Shown in pieces: positions 27,928 through 41,554 of a DNA stretch of 64,000 nucleotides. Source of the stretch: Chrysomallon squamiferum (Eukaryota > Animalia > Mollusca); NCBI GenBank assembly GCA_012295275.1, contig CM022672.1, positions 7,564,001-7,628,000 of the forward strand, read 5' to 3'. The translations under genes were made by a program, and so were the position numbers. The notes beneath the pieces are model-generated. The model saw only the letters and a list, made by a program, of their open reading frames with translations, was not told the DNA's origin and searched no databases. Each line of letters starts with the position of its first letter. The first letter of the stretch is position 1.

Positions 27928-28759
27928 CTGAAAATTACAAAGAATGTCATTACAACAGGCCAAGTAAATGAAAAAATTTATATTACTGTCAGTCAGCCAC
28001 ACTATATAACTATTATTAAAATTGTTGTCTGTAAATACTTATAGTTTTTAAAAAAACCTAATAGTATTAATAAACATTATATTCATTTTATTAAATATTG
28101 CCAAACAAAGAAGAATATTTATTTTAGACTGTACAAGTACCAAACCATTTATCCAGCAAGTTGGGACTGGACATGATCTAGATTTCAGGAAATTCCATTT
28201 TTCTGTCCCAGGGCTTGATGTGTGTTTAAAATAAAATAAACAATGAAATATTTAACACATTAATACACATGTATTTTTCTTGTTAATTCCAGTTTTCAAG
28301 AAGTGGATAAATGGTCCAATACCTTATTTTATGAAATAAGATGTATTTGAATGTGTTCACGTACGTATGTATAAATGTGCCTAATATGCTATTACAAAAA
28401 GACAAAACACCAATATAAAATCAACTGAAAAGAGAAAAGACATAACAATGAGAGATTACTTTGTAATAAGTGCAGTCTCATAAACAATAACTTCAAATTA
28501 ATTAGATGGAATAAGGATATTTACATAACACAAGAAACTAAACAAAAAGGTACAGGAAGGGTAAAGCAGGAAATATCACAAATACTACAGACATCCCTAT
28601 CCTTTTAATTTATGTTTTCCTAAAACAAATCAACATATATTATTATTCTGTAAATTTTGTGAATCTAATTGAAACTTTGTTGAATTTTAAAAAATTATCC
28701 TAATATTTACTATATTCATTTTCGCTTAAACTTGCCTTATCTCCATAAGATTAAATTTG

Positions 28760-29035
28760 CTAACTTTGGTTAAAGTCTGAATGCATCTCGTCGTTGCCTG
28801 CTTTAATATTTAACAAAAATAGCTTTTCTTGTTCCCTTTGTTTCTTTCGTTCTCGATATTTCCTCATTCTTATCTTTGTCTTTTCATTATAGGCCAGTCT
28901 CTGTTCGTAAGTCATGCAAGCTGACCAACCATCTTTGGAAACTCGGCACCGACGTGTGCTCGACATGAAACCACAGCGATTGCCTGCCTGAACAACCCAA
29001 GATGGTTTCGATCTCCGATGTATAAGAGTATTCAT
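28760..29035 (-). CDS. Gene A putative alternative terminal exon A1: basic helical peptide (EQRLAYNEKTKIRMRKYRERKKQREQEK), no zinc finger
   Basis: Phase-0 acceptor ttctgtctttgcag|ATG, with 276 nt open to its own stop. Confidence 0.6.
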   Translation of the reverse strand: MNTLIHRRSKPSWVVQAGNRCGFMSSTRRCRVSKDGWSACMTYEQRLAYNEKTKIRMRKYRERKKQREQEKLFLLNIKAGNDEMHSDFNQS

Positions 29036-30039
29036 CTGCAAAGACAGAAGCAGGCAGACAAGTAAACTATGGCCGGTCTCAAATTGGCTAAGTCAGAAAA
29101 TTAGCCCAGTGGATGTTTAGCGACTGTACAACCAGTATTAAATTATATCACAGTCTTCTCATCTTTGCATCCAGATGACTGAATCTCAGTCCAAAGTAAC
29201 TAAAAATATTTCTTCCTTTCTTTTTCCACTATTTTCAGTATGAGGTATTTCACTGCTGTTAACAGTACCCTGTATTTCAATATGATAAAAATCTTCTGTC
29301 TAAACAACACAAGATGGAATTCTGTTATTTATGTATTTAATAATTTATCCGGGAGTGTTTTTATAATATAAAACAATCTGTTTCATTTATAAGTTATAAC
29401 TAACAATTTTCTTGTTTTTCTCTTTTCTCTGTGGAACAGTGATTATTGTTCCTATTATTTCTAATAATGAAAATTATACATTGTTATAAAGTAGGGAATA
29501 TTATCAAACTGTACACAAGTCATTTGATGTTCCAGTTATTCCTGGAGAAAAGTCACATGACCAGATAAATCAGGCATTTTATTTCAGTTATCTTTCTGTT
29601 AGCATAAATGAGCTGATATTAACACAGTTAGTTATGTAATTTACTTTCTACTGAGGAAAATTAAATCAATATCAAGGACAGAATTTTATGTTTATTAAAT
29701 ATTTTTAACTAAAAATCAGTATGAAAAATTTCAATTTGTGTTTTTTTTGTTGTAAATTCTTCTTGTATGAGCATGCTCAGTTTGAAACAAGTAGACTAAC
29801 ATTTATTTTACCTTTAGAATTTTCCTTTATACATTACACCACTCTTTTCACTAAGACAATGAAAAATCGTAAAAAATTAGGTCTCCTTTTTATCTGGTTT
29901 TCATTCACTTTTTTTATTTTTATCTATTTTTTTTCTTATCTCTGTTAAACAACAAGAACTAAACAATCTAAAAGCAAAGAAGTTTGGAGGGATTTAAAGA
30001 GACAAAAACAAGAATGTTAAAAATTTAAACTAAACATAC

Positions 30040-30338
30040 CTTAAAATCAGTATCCGTAACAGTTTCATCTGACGTGTTCAAAGTACTGTTTGCTTGAAAA
30101 TTATTGACCGACTGTTCAGACGTGTTCCCTGTGTTAGTGGACTGCTGATCACTGCTTTCTTCTGTTGGGATCTGAATACTTGTACCACCACTATCTACAA
30201 ATGTGTCAGTTTCATCTTTTATTACCACAGAGTCTGGTAAAGGCATTGCTATTTTATCTGATAGATCTGCCGTTGCACGGGGCTCTTCACAAAATGACTC
30301 GGCAGCCAGACTCATTACATAGTTTGCATCAACCTTTT
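30040..30338 (-). CDS. Gene A common coding exon 2: acidic/Ser-Thr linker with VIKDE, ending DFK at a phase-0 donor
   Basis: The acceptor ttgttacag|AA completes a GAA codon from the phase-1 donor. The donor is AAG|gtatgt. The structure parallels gene B exon 2. Confidence 0.78.
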
Positions 30339-30578
30339 CTGTAACAATAACAAAAAATTATTAAAATGATGAGAGAAATTAATATATTTTAACAACTTAA
30401 TACCATTCAACAAATTTTATTAAAGATGTAACATCTTTAAGCTAAAATAAAAGAATACAAATATTCATCTACTGTTAACACTGCTCCCTCAAAAAAAAAA
30501 AAAGAAAGCACAACCAGTTTTAAAAAGTTCAGGAAGAAGATAATGTTCTATTAATGTATTTGACAGAAAAATAAAAAC

Positions 30579-31110
30579 CTTTTTTGTTATTTGGAGAACC
30601 AACAAGGGAATCCATTGTGCTTCTTTTAGTCCCTCTACAAGGTGATGCAGTGTGGGTAGGCCATTTTGTACTTTGTTCATGTGATGTCTCAAATTCAGTC
30701 AACTCCTCCAATGATGCAGATGTGATTGTGTGTGTTCTTCCATGTAAGGATGATGAGGGCTGCGAAGAAGTAGATTTTCGGTAGCGGTTTACCATGGTAT
30801 CGACAGATTGCCTCTGTCCCCATCTTGAATTGGACATCTTAGCTGGAGCTATATTCTCAACATCTGTGTTTTTCTCAGGTAGTTTTTTAACTGTTTTGAA
30901 GGCCTTTGTGCAGTAACTTTCACTTATCACTTGACCAGTGCTCTGGACAAACTCACTGAGAACATATCTCTCCTTTTTGATGTTGTCTATTTCCAGAGCC
31001 AGGTATCCACTCAGTTCAACACCTTGCTCAAAGTGGAGATAATCGCGACACAGCTTCTGCATTGCATCAATGAAGGAAACAAAGAACTCAACAGAATACT
31101 GCTTATCCAT
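30579..31110 (-). CDS. Gene A common coding exon 1: conserved unassigned N-terminal domain (MDKQYSVEFF...ESYCTKAFKTV) plus a Ser/Thr-rich linker
   Basis: The exon starts at 31131 after the acceptor tgtttccag, with ATG at 31110 and a phase-1 donor after KKG. The first ~75 aa are clearly homologous to 59482-59260. Confidence 0.8.
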
Positions 31111-33349
31111 TATGCAATTTTCAGCATAAATCTGGAAACAGAAAAGAAACAAGGTCAATAATGTGTGGTCTTAAATGTTAAAACTGCTTAGTCTTCCTTA
31201 ACCTAAACAAATTAAACCAAAAAAAATTAAGTCTTTAAATAAAATGCAAAGAGAAAAATATAAATAATGTGGTTTTACATTAATCTTTTTATTTCTTCTT
31301 ATTATTTTTTTTTTTTTTTTTTTTTGCTGTGTGTCACGTTTTAGATCAGTTTCATAATGAATTATACTAACAGTCACAGTTAGAAGAAAGCTAAAAACGA
31401 AATGTCCACTGGTGTCTATCAGTTCCACAAATATTTTACACAACTCTCCAAACTATATGGTGGCTAATGAAAACTGATATTTAAATTGTTCTATCTGCTA
31501 AAAAAGCGCAAAGTACCATTTTCCTTTTGACATCATAGGATGTCAGTGAAGTGATAATTAAAATATATTATACTGAAATTCACAGAGTATTTACAGATCT
31601 AGATAGAATGAATACAAACTAGAATAGTTTTTAGTAATAACCACAATGATCTTATCCTCTGTTTAATAAAAACCTAACAGTGGACCTGCAATCAGTATAT
31701 CAAAATATATTATAAAACAAAAGCACTCAACTTTAGCATAGGTACACTATGTAGAACTATTTATTATCTAAAATCAAATAAATGAATAAACAAGTTTCAC
31801 ACCCTTTATGGATGATTTAGTTGTTATGATCTATACTCTGTGAAGATAAAAGGGATTGACAACCCAGAATGGTGATACTTTATATTACAGGACCCAATGT
31901 TTAAAGGCTTTGGAGGAACACTGTTCAACTATCTGAATATTGATTCAAGAACCAATGAAACAGCAAAGAGATCCATTATAAAACCATTCTAAAACAATAA
32001 TATGCATTATTAGTAAAAGGATAATGGTCTGTATATAAGCTATTGTGAAGCATTTCATCTAAAAACTGAATGTTGATCTATTGTTAAAAAATTATTTTTA
32101 CATTTTTCTAAATGTCAGTTATTTCTATCTATATAACTGATATGGAAAAAAATAATAATATTTAAATAAATAAATAACCATTATTACAATTATTTTGGCA
32201 GTATAATCAAGTATGATAAAAGTACAATGTGGTTTTTTCCCTTACTGAGACTTCATATACACACATCAGGTAAATACAATCACCTAGATTTAAATTATGT
32301 TACTTTTGTCAAGCATATTTACAAAAATCATTTCTTGACTTAAACAAAAAGACAAATGATAAAATTAAGATTTGTATGAGGTCTGTTTGCAAAAATAAAT
32401 ATAAATAAAATAGCGCAGTATCTTTAAATTTGAGTTCAGTGATCTTGCAGTCAAGTTGTACATTTCATATGCACTAGAAAGGAATAATGCTATTTAAATG
32501 ATTATATTATTAAAATACATTAATTTATAAACTTAATATTATTCAGTGCATGTTGTTTATGTTTTTAATAACTTATTGCTTTTCTGTATTCTGACGTTTA
32601 TCATACATATAATATGAATAGATTCAGAAATGAATGAATTATGTAAATATTTCTTTGCCATAATGCTGGGTGAATGAATGTATATATTCAATAACAATAT
32701 AATAATTTTTTTTAAAAACACAAAAAACCCACTATAGTAGTGAAATTGTGTGTGTGTGTTATTATTTACAAACTGTTTTAATTTCTTTAGGGCAAAAAAA
32801 AAAAGTCTAATTAAAATACCATTTTAAATGGTGTCCAAACTTATAAATATTATTTTGTTGCTATTCTATATGCATACGAACCAAACATTTAGGGATGTCT
32901 AACACTAATGCTATAACATACTAATACTCATAGTCATGATACTGCAATGGCAAAGTCATGTGAAAGTGGGTTGTATTCAATATGGGAGTACACCTTGTAA
33001 ATTGTAATTGATCATTGTTTAGGGTATAGAAGGATTAAATTCCCATTATAATTTTGTTTAAATATTACTAATGCAAACTCAGATCGATGCTGGGTACAAT
33101 AACTAATCTAAATGTATATATCACTACTTGTACAGTAGTAATACTAAGTCTAATAGGCTCCGCTGACGCGCTTGCATAAACATATTGATGATAATTGATA
33201 GTCATACATTGACTGGGAAAGCTCCAGTCTTGTGACGTTTATTAATAATTTCATTTTCAAATAACAAATTCTAAGAGAATCATATGAATTATAAAACAGT
33301 TGGTTCTTAATTAAATGCGACCTATATTACATGTTTATAACTTTATATT

Positions 33350-33895
33350 TCAGGTCAAAATACTGAAATAGTCCGTCGTTTATTTCTCCGACAACCAGTC
33401 CAATGTTTTGACCCTTTGTTTCATTAGTGTCTGAGAACTAATGATTTTCCAGCATCAGTATGCTCATTTTACATTTTTTACTTCATTTTCGTTTATACAG
33501 CTTCTCTGTCGGAACAATTTACAGCCTCACTTTATACAAATATCACAGAAAATCGTAATTTCGCAGAGTGTATTTGAAATTATAATAAATTTAATGAACG
33601 GAAATAACCGATTATGGCCGAATGTTGCCACATAATCATAATATTCTCAAGCCGCTAATTCAGCAGTATTTGTTTATAAGAAATCATTTTAATGTAATAA
33701 CAATATCATAAATAACATAATAAACTTGTAATTATATTCATCAATCTGACCTTTATACCCGAAACAAGTAGATTAAACAAAAACACGATTTCGCTTGTCC
33801 TGGATGATTTAGACTGGTTTCCTTTTGTTTCTCCGCTCATGGATATAGTCTTGATTACCACAGTTATCATATCTCGGATTAACCAATAGTATTGA

Positions 33896-33900
<5 letters not shown>
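33350..33900 (-). promoter_or_regulatory. Candidate promoter / non-coding first exon of gene A
   Basis: CpG-retaining patch upstream of the 31131 acceptor, with a CCAAT near 33883 and a possible donor (AAAG|gtcag) near 33750. Confidence 0.35.
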
Positions 33901-33944
<44 letters not shown>

Positions 33945-35252
33945 CTTAATAAATAATAATAATAAATAAAAATAATGTAAGAAACTTTTTAATAAACCTT
34001 ATTAAAGGATTATAGCAAAGAATGAAATAATGTTTATAACTGTAATCTTGCTGTTTTGGTATATATGTTCATAATGTTGTTAACATAGGTGTTACTGAAT
34101 ATTTATTTTGTTTTGCTGCTAGTGCAAAATTTGTACAATATATAAATAAAGTTCAGTTTAGCTTGTCAAATTTGACTTTCACAACAATGATAAAACTGTA
34201 AGTAAAATGTTCAAAAGAAATTAGAGAAATAAAAATAACGGACTTATGTGAAAATAGCCTGAGATGGCTTTCTTTCCTTCAGCCACAAAAAAAGAAATTT
34301 CCCTTTAAACGGCTTTCAGAAACCTATTGACGCGGGATACTATGTTATAGGCCAAAAAACAACAACAAAAAACAACTAAAAATAAAAAAAAATAATTTTG
34401 ATTTACAAACCACGGAGAGATTCGACATCTTATCACGATTTTTTTTTTTTTTTTATATATATATATATATGATCTAAGACAGAAAAAACAATAAAGCCTC
34501 TGCTAAAGCTGAAAAATACCTAATAATTTGCAAATCTGTTTATCAGTATTTTCCTAAATTAACATATCTTGTAAAGTTATTTTTATTCAGCTAAAATTAT
34601 AAAGGTAATAACTTGGAGATTAATGAAATCACACACACACACACACACGTTTTTACTACAGAGTACAATCAAATTAAATAAATAAATAAATAAATAAATA
34701 AATTGTTTTTCCCTAAACACTTTTCAGTATTGGTCTGGATATTCGTATATCGTATTTTTTTGACGATAATAATAATCAAGTTCATGAAACAAAAACAGTA
34801 AACTCTCTTCGCCATAGAAATACTGGAGAAATCATAATGATTAATCTGCGTTAATATTCTAAAACTGAAAAGAAAATTGCATTCATATTGTATTCTCTTT
34901 AAATATTTATTTATTCACTTTCTGAATTGAGACGTATGAAATTAATACCAGAGCCGAGATTTGAATAAATAAATAAATAAATAAATAATAAGTAATGTGA
35001 ATAAATTCGGATCAGTGTTCTTCAGATTAATGTTACAATATATATATAATATATAAAATGATAACATTAATCTGAAGACAAAATATATATATATAATTTC
35101 ATAATATATAAACAATAAATGTAAAAAAAAAAAAAAAAAAATTAAAAAATCATCTTTCGAGCACAGATCAAGGGTACTTTAGAAAAAAAAAAAAAAAAAA
35201 TTACCCCTCTGTGTTCTAATGTCCGGACACCCCCAAAAACCACTATTTGATA

Positions 35253-35621
35253 TTATTTTATTTGAAAAATTGAAACATAAATATCTACATTAGTGATGAC
35301 CACAGGCTCAGTTATCCCATTATCTGATATTCTGATTACATCAACAAAACGGACAATCATTGTGATTTGCTCAACATGACTTACATCAGATGTGCTATCC
35401 AGAATTATGGAATAGTATTTAGCAGAGTTTACACGAGTTAAAATTTCCTTTTTTACAGCATTTTTTATAAGCTGTATAAGCTCGTTTTGGATATCTTTTC
35501 CAAGATAGTGAACCAGGGTTTCGTGAATCTTAACTCTGTGCATATGTTCATTCATGATAGGATCAAAAAGGTCCAGATATTCTTCAATTTTCAAAAAATT
35601 TCCGTTACCAGGGCAATACAA
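35253..35621 (-). pseudogene. Fragment of a hAT transposase (ZMYM1-like / DUF4371 region)
   Basis: GNGNFL...YLGKDIQNELI...YYSIILDSTSDVSHVEQITMIVRFV is the typical motif around the first catalytic Asp of hAT transposases. It is truncated at both ends. Confidence 0.8.
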
Positions 35622-36559
35622 TTTTTCATCTTTGAACTTCTTTGAAGTTGCATTTAAGTCTATGTAGCTAATTTATTTATATTTGTCTGGTATATGTTTT
35701 TAATCATTTTCGATTATTAGTATTATAATTTTTATATGTTTTAATTTTTTAAATTTATTGTGTGTGTGTAATTGTTTATTAAAGTATTTTTAGACGCTCG
35801 TAGCTATATGTTGTTTATTATGAGTGTATTTTGTGTAACTAATGTTAGTTTATTTATATTGACCTAGATGTCATGTTTTGAGAGGTTGAATGAAATATAT
35901 CCAAAACTGCTTTTGATGAAGAGAAACGACATATAAAACATATTTATTTGATGAGACAATATGATTACAAATACTTCAAATAAATAAAAATGCCAAATTT
36001 TATCCAGTATTAAGCTGATACTGAGTGATTTTCGAAAATTTCCGTAACTTTAAATATTTTGTTGTGCATTCTGCTAATTCAGATAGAAAATACTTCAGCA
36101 CCAAGAGTTCGCAGTCTGATCGTTTTCATTATGAACCAAAACAGAATAACACACACAAAACAGTATAACACTCACTAACGTCAGTCTCAAGCAGATTAAA
36201 TCTCGTATCGGCAAATGAAAACCGTGTATTGCTATTTTCCTGTCAGTAGCTCTGTTTAAAAGTATGCAGAATTTAATCGAATAAATAAATAAATGATCAA
36301 GAGATTTTGCAAAATGATTATATATAACTTGAAATAATCATCTGTCCACCATGTCACGATTCCACTGTAATGGGGTAACGTGGCGGCTGTGTAATATTTA
36401 TATTACTTCTCACTTTGTTACGTGCCCAAACATTTTGTTAATAACTGTTTTGCACTTACTAAATCTCAAGCTTAATAATTTATTTATTTATATATTTTGT
36501 TGTCGTAGCTGACAAAAATGACGTCAGTGGTCGTTGTTCCGTCTGTTTCATAATTAAAA

Positions 36560-37585
36560 TGACCAAACAATGAACTGAGGATGTTGAAGTGTTGGCAGGC
36601 CAAGTCATCAAATTTCAGACATTACAGAAAATTATTATTTTTGTAACTATATGTATTTCCAAGGATGACAATTATTAACGTTTCTAAATTCATTTTTATT
36701 AATATTTTACCAGCATGACTCAAGAACCTACCCCTTCCCAATTATTTAACGAAATGATTAATTTTTCCGTTATCCTCATCTCTCTCTTACACACATGCCA
36801 TACATAATTTAAAAACAAAACACCCCCACCTCAAAAAGAAAAAAACACCCCCAAAAACCCCATAAAAAAAGCAACAGCAAAAAACTCACAGACACCAAAA
36901 ACATTTATTTAACACACTTGGAACTAGAAGTGGTTGGATTTCTGGATTGTGAGATTTTGGATGTAAACTGAATCTTTACTTAAAATATAAAATGAAGAAT
37001 GAAGCTGTATTGAATATATCTATACCAGTTAATATACTTCTAAAGCAGAGTCAGTTTGATCTTTAATAATTCACCTCATATTCTTAAATGCTTGTATAGA
37101 ATATGCTTTTCACTACCAAGCTACATTTCTGCTGGTCTTTTAGACAGTAATAACTTTTTGTGAGAGGATCATCTGCACACACTTAAATTGGCTTCAGAGA
37201 AATTAATAAAATAAAGTATGCCTAATTCAAAAGAAGCCAGTTTCATGAATGGTTATATAACAAAATAAAAAATAAAAATAATTACAATAAATAATAAGAA
37301 GAAGAAGACCTAACAACAACAACAACAACAACAACAATAATAATAATAACTAGCAATGATAATAATTATAAAAATCTTTTTGCATTACGTAATCTTCTGT
37401 AAAACTGTGAACTGAGGATACTGAAGTGCTGTCACTTTGTGTCAACAGAATGCAGACATTACAGTAATATTATTTTTGTAACTGTTCATTTCCAAGGATG
37501 TAGAACTGTGAAAAGCAAAGAGAAAACAACAATTATTAAGTTTCTAAATTTATTTTGTTTACTCTTTACCAGCATATCTTAAAAA
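36560..37585. repeat. Diverged ~170-bp direct repeat pair (36560-36730 and 37405-37585)
   Basis: Shared text: tgaactgaggat..gaagtg, cagacattacag..attatttttgtaact, tttccaaggatg, acaattattaa..tttctaaatt, tttaccagcat. Confidence 0.7.
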
Positions 37586-37674
37586 CATACCACATTCCAC
37601 ATGTCCCTTCTCTACAAATAAAAGGACACCATTCACATTTGCTGCTGTTACAGTACTGTACTAGTATTCATTTA

Positions 37675-38424
37675 CCGTATATACTTGTGTACAAGGCGAC
37701 CTTATGTATAAGTCGATGTGTATTTTAAGACCAAAAATTGCGTCATTTTAGGTATTACTTGTGTATAAGTCGACTGTAGATTCCAGGCACCGTCACTATT
37801 TTTAGACCAGTGTGACAGTGCCATGAAGGCCTACATTGTATGCCTACTGTAACATAACTTGCACATGCTGTAATTTGCACGAACATACCATAATAACGTA
37901 AATGCATGTATTACACGAGCTATAGCCTAAATGTATCATAAATAGTATCTCTTGTTTTCGATTTGTCGGTAGTGGATATTAATGACGATTGCAATATTAT
38001 TTCACCAAATTCTTTACAATTACACAAGTGAGTTTTGTTTATGAAATTAGGACCGATATTTAGTGCAATTTGGCAGAGAAGTCTGCATTCCTAGATCATT
38101 GCAAGATGCCGTAAGGCATAACGCCGTACTGACGGTTTTCTCGCTTTAAAATGTATTTTTATGTCATTAAACGGAAGAATATCATGTTTTACATTCATAT
38201 TTGGTTTTGTTATTTAATTTTTCAAAATTTTTTATACAATAAAATTATATTTTTTAAAACCTGAAAGACCGCGATTATTTTAGATGCATCCCGTAGCAAA
38301 AAATAGTCAAAATGGCGACTGTTCAGCAACAGCTACAAAAGCATTACCTATGTATAAGTCGACCCCCAAAATATTACCTTAATATAGTCTCCCAAAAATT
38401 CGACTTATACACAAGTATATACGG
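37675..38424. mobile_element. Non-autonomous Tc1/mariner-superfamily (Tc2/pogo-like) element
   Basis: TA|CCGTATATACTTGTGTA ... TACACAAGTATATACGG|TA gives TIRs with a TA TSD. Subterminal TGTATAAGTCGA motifs are repeated, and the interior is CpG-rich. Confidence 0.85.
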
Positions 38425-39077
38425 TAATTTAATTTTAGGAAGAGAATTTTCTGTGTAAACAGCATAAACCCAATGAACAGCTGATTACAGAACTTCCACC
38501 ACAACCCACTGCACTATTCTTCTTTCCAAACACTTCCTTAGGTTTAAAAAAAATTATAAAGCAACCAAAAATGTTCTTTATTTTCCAGTTTGTGAAAAGA
38601 AGTGGATAAACAATTCCTTGCTGACTTTAAAAAAACAAACAAATATGGAGTGGAATGCCCATTTCCTCCTGTGTAATTAGCTTTATCCTCTCTCTGGCCT
38701 GCTGGTACAATATGGCTCCAGTTGATACATTCAAAATGTGAAAAAAAAAAAAAAGTTAACAAAACATGTTTTTTCTTATTTTCCTAGGCTTCTAAAGATC
38801 TTGCCATAAGCCAGTATGAAGTTAATACTTGATAATTTCAAGGTGTTTTGAGGAATTTATTGGTGTTAAATAATTTATTTGATGTTGTATGAGTTACAGA
38901 AAGTCTTCTCTAGGGATGTAAGGAAATTTCTCAACATTATGATAACTATTATTTTTTCTGATAAAAGCTTAATAAAATTTCTTTGTTTAATTTACATTTA
39001 CTATCATATCAGTAACAAACAGAAGATGGTGATAATGATGGTTGTAATGATGGGTGAGAGTTTTAAAATAACCATTG

Positions 39078-39413
39078 TCATCTATGGCTTTTTTCATGTA
39101 ACACCAAACCTTTCTGAGAAGAGAAAGTTTTATCACAAACACGACACTCGAGTCCCCCTGCATGTCCTTTAAGGTGAATAAATAGCTGATATCTGTCATA
39201 GAAGTAGCTTGGACACAAGTGGCAGCGATAGAAGTCACCACTGTGTCGACGTTGATGACGTTTCAGATTGCCAGGCTGGTTGGTCTGATAAGCACACAGA
39301 GAACATTTATGCATCTTTATAACAGCTTTTGAACACGGCCGTCTCTTCCTCCACTCTGCACACCCTCCATCAGAATACTCAGATTCATTGTATGTGTCAT
39401 TGTCTGTCCTTTC
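39078..39413 (-). CDS. Gene B alternative terminal exon B7: three C2H2 fingers
   Basis: Phase-0 acceptor tttttcag|GAA, with 33 open codons before MHKCSLC. Fingers begin CSLC, CHLC and CRVC. Has its own stop. Confidence 0.8.
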   Translation of the reverse strand, partial: ERTDNDTYNESEYSDGGCAEWRKRRPCSKAVIKMHKCSLCAYQTNQPGNLKRHQRRHSGDFYRCHLCPSYFYDRYQLFIHLKGHAGGLECRVCDKTFSSQKGLVLHEKSHR

Positions 39414-39831
39414 CTGAAAAACATAAACAGTTTGAAATAATTAATTCTATGTATGATGTAGACAGTGGATGCTTCAGTTTATCTTCTCTGTTAACATACT
39501 GTTGAACAATAGTGTAAAAGGATACTCTCAACAGTCCTCTACACAGATTCTACTTGAACAAAATAATCATCTTGAAAGAATTAATTGTAATTTCCACCTT
39601 GTCAAGAAGACAAGTGTTTTACATGTTTTGTATCTATATCCATCTGTATCTATCTATATCTGTCTATATAAACACACACACACACCTAATATACCACAGC
39701 TAACTTAACCAGTATTAGTTCTTCAAGTCTACTATGACTAAACAATAGAAAACTTGATTAAACTTCGTACACTTCATGATCAATTATTCTTGTACTTGAA
39801 GAATGTTCATTCACCAAGTTATTCATCTAGA

Positions 39832-39865
<34 letters not shown>

Positions 39866-40374
39866 ACTTCAAATCTATCTTGAATCATGTCCATATTGCC
39901 ATTCAAACTATTTAATGGAGTTGATCCGTATTCACATATACACACTCATCCACCTTTCTGTCTTCTACTACCTCTCTGTAATTTTTATCACTACACCAGT
40001 AATCTGTAAAAAGAAAATTTCTTTTTGTGACTTTTATATTGTAATGAAAAGAGAAAAAACAAAAAAACAAACTGAATAATTTTAATGTCAAAAATATTTT
40101 ACACTTTTGTTATTTTGTTTTTGATTACAAAGGATGTACAAAAGATTAATTTAAAATATATATATATATATTTTTTTAAGTGAACATTATTTTGTTAATT
40201 GTTTTTGTTTTTGTAAGAGAGAACACTGTGCATGCACTGTGTTTATGTAATTGTGTGTGTTTACCTGTATCCACATTTTTAAATTTTGATAAATTTCATT
40301 ACAAAAATATATATTGATAGTCATAACAGTTCATTTATATAAATTTGATACTGAATTGACAACACACAAGACAT

Positions 40375-40998
40375 TTATTTGTGCAAGTGTGACTTTTTGT
40401 GCTTGGCTAAACCATCATATGACACAAACAGCTTTCCACAAAATTCACAGGCCAGTTTGGAAAAATGAAGTTTCAGATGTTTCTTCAGCCGATAGGCATC
40501 AGAAAAGTGACAAGGACAGAGGTGGCAGTTAAAAAAGTCACCACTGTGGATTCGCTGATGACGTCTGAGGTTGTGAAAGTAGGATGTGTGGTAAGAACAC
40601 TGACTACACTGGTAACAGTTTTCACTTCTCTGAGAATTAAACTTGACACTGTTACCCGCAGATACATATTTCACATTTGTGGAAGATTTGGTCCCAAACA
40701 GATTTTCATGCATGATATTCTCTTGTGTTTGCGTCATGAAGCCTTCAGAAGTCTGATCAGACACATTGGTTTGTCCAGTCAATTGGCCATGGACATCGTT
40801 GCAACCAGCTATGTCACTAGTAACTCTTTGATGTCCTGTGATTTTGAAGTTAGAACTACCACTTGTATAAAAACCAGGATCTAATCTAGTGACATCATCA
40901 TGGTTCTGCATCTTCCTTTCCTGATCCTGTTGAAACTGCATGGATGATTTCATGTCTTCACTATTCTTGTACACTGATCTTTGATCCCGTACACATTT
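40375..40998 (-). CDS. Gene B alternative terminal exon B6: three C2H2 fingers
   Basis: Phase-0 acceptor ctgctttctag|AAA. Fingers begin CSQC, CHLC and CEFC. The stop overlaps an AATAAA. Confidence 0.8.
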   Translation of the reverse strand, partial: KCVRDQRSVYKNSEDMKSSMQFQQDQERKMQNHDDVTRLDPGFYTSGSSNFKITGHQRVTSDIAGCNDVHGQLTGQTNVSDQTSEGFMTQTQENIMHENLFGTKSSTNVKYVSAGNSVKFNSQRSENCYQCSQCSYHTSYFHNLRRHQRIHSGDFFNCHLCPCHFSDAYRLKKHLKLHFSKLACEFCGKLFVSYDGLAKHKKSHLHK

Positions 40999-41554
40999 CT
41001 AGAAAGCAGAAACAATACATTGACTATTTTGATAGCAAACCATCTGAGAACAACATACAAAATAACTATTATGTAATGTTAAGAAAAATGCTTTTAGTAA
41101 ATTTCGACTGCAGACAATCTCACTGATATTTCTAGGAGACTTTGCCATGCACCATAATCAGAGATTCTGCAGTTTATACCAGTTATCACAATAAAAAAAA
41201 TATATAACTGTACATTTATAATTGTACACTGAGTGTATGTATGTAATGATGGATGGACGGATGTATGTATGTAAGCATGTATAGGTATGTATGAATGTAT
41301 AGATGTATCATTAATAATTAGCTAATTAATAAAAATATGTATATAACAGTGTTTATTATCTTCAATTCATATCAAAACTGTATTTGTCTTCAAACAGGAC
41401 ATAATATTTACACTTGGTCTGTCATGTTGAGTTTAACAACATGTAACAACATGATTGTCATGCATTTACTGTTTCTAACCCACTGCAGGTTTCATTGTAA
41501 TAATAACAGCTTTTAAATGTAAGTAGGCCAATAAGAATCACTGCAACATGTAGT

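Noticed and set aside
35253-35621. Host ZMYM1-like gene, or another cassette of gene B
   Set aside because: It is an isolated internal piece of a hAT transposase with no convincing phase-0 acceptor or further exons.
40314-40884. Plus-strand ORFs over finger exons (also 27478, 44953, 50132, 57996, 30584, 30931)
   Set aside because: These are antisense shadows of real minus-strand coding exons.
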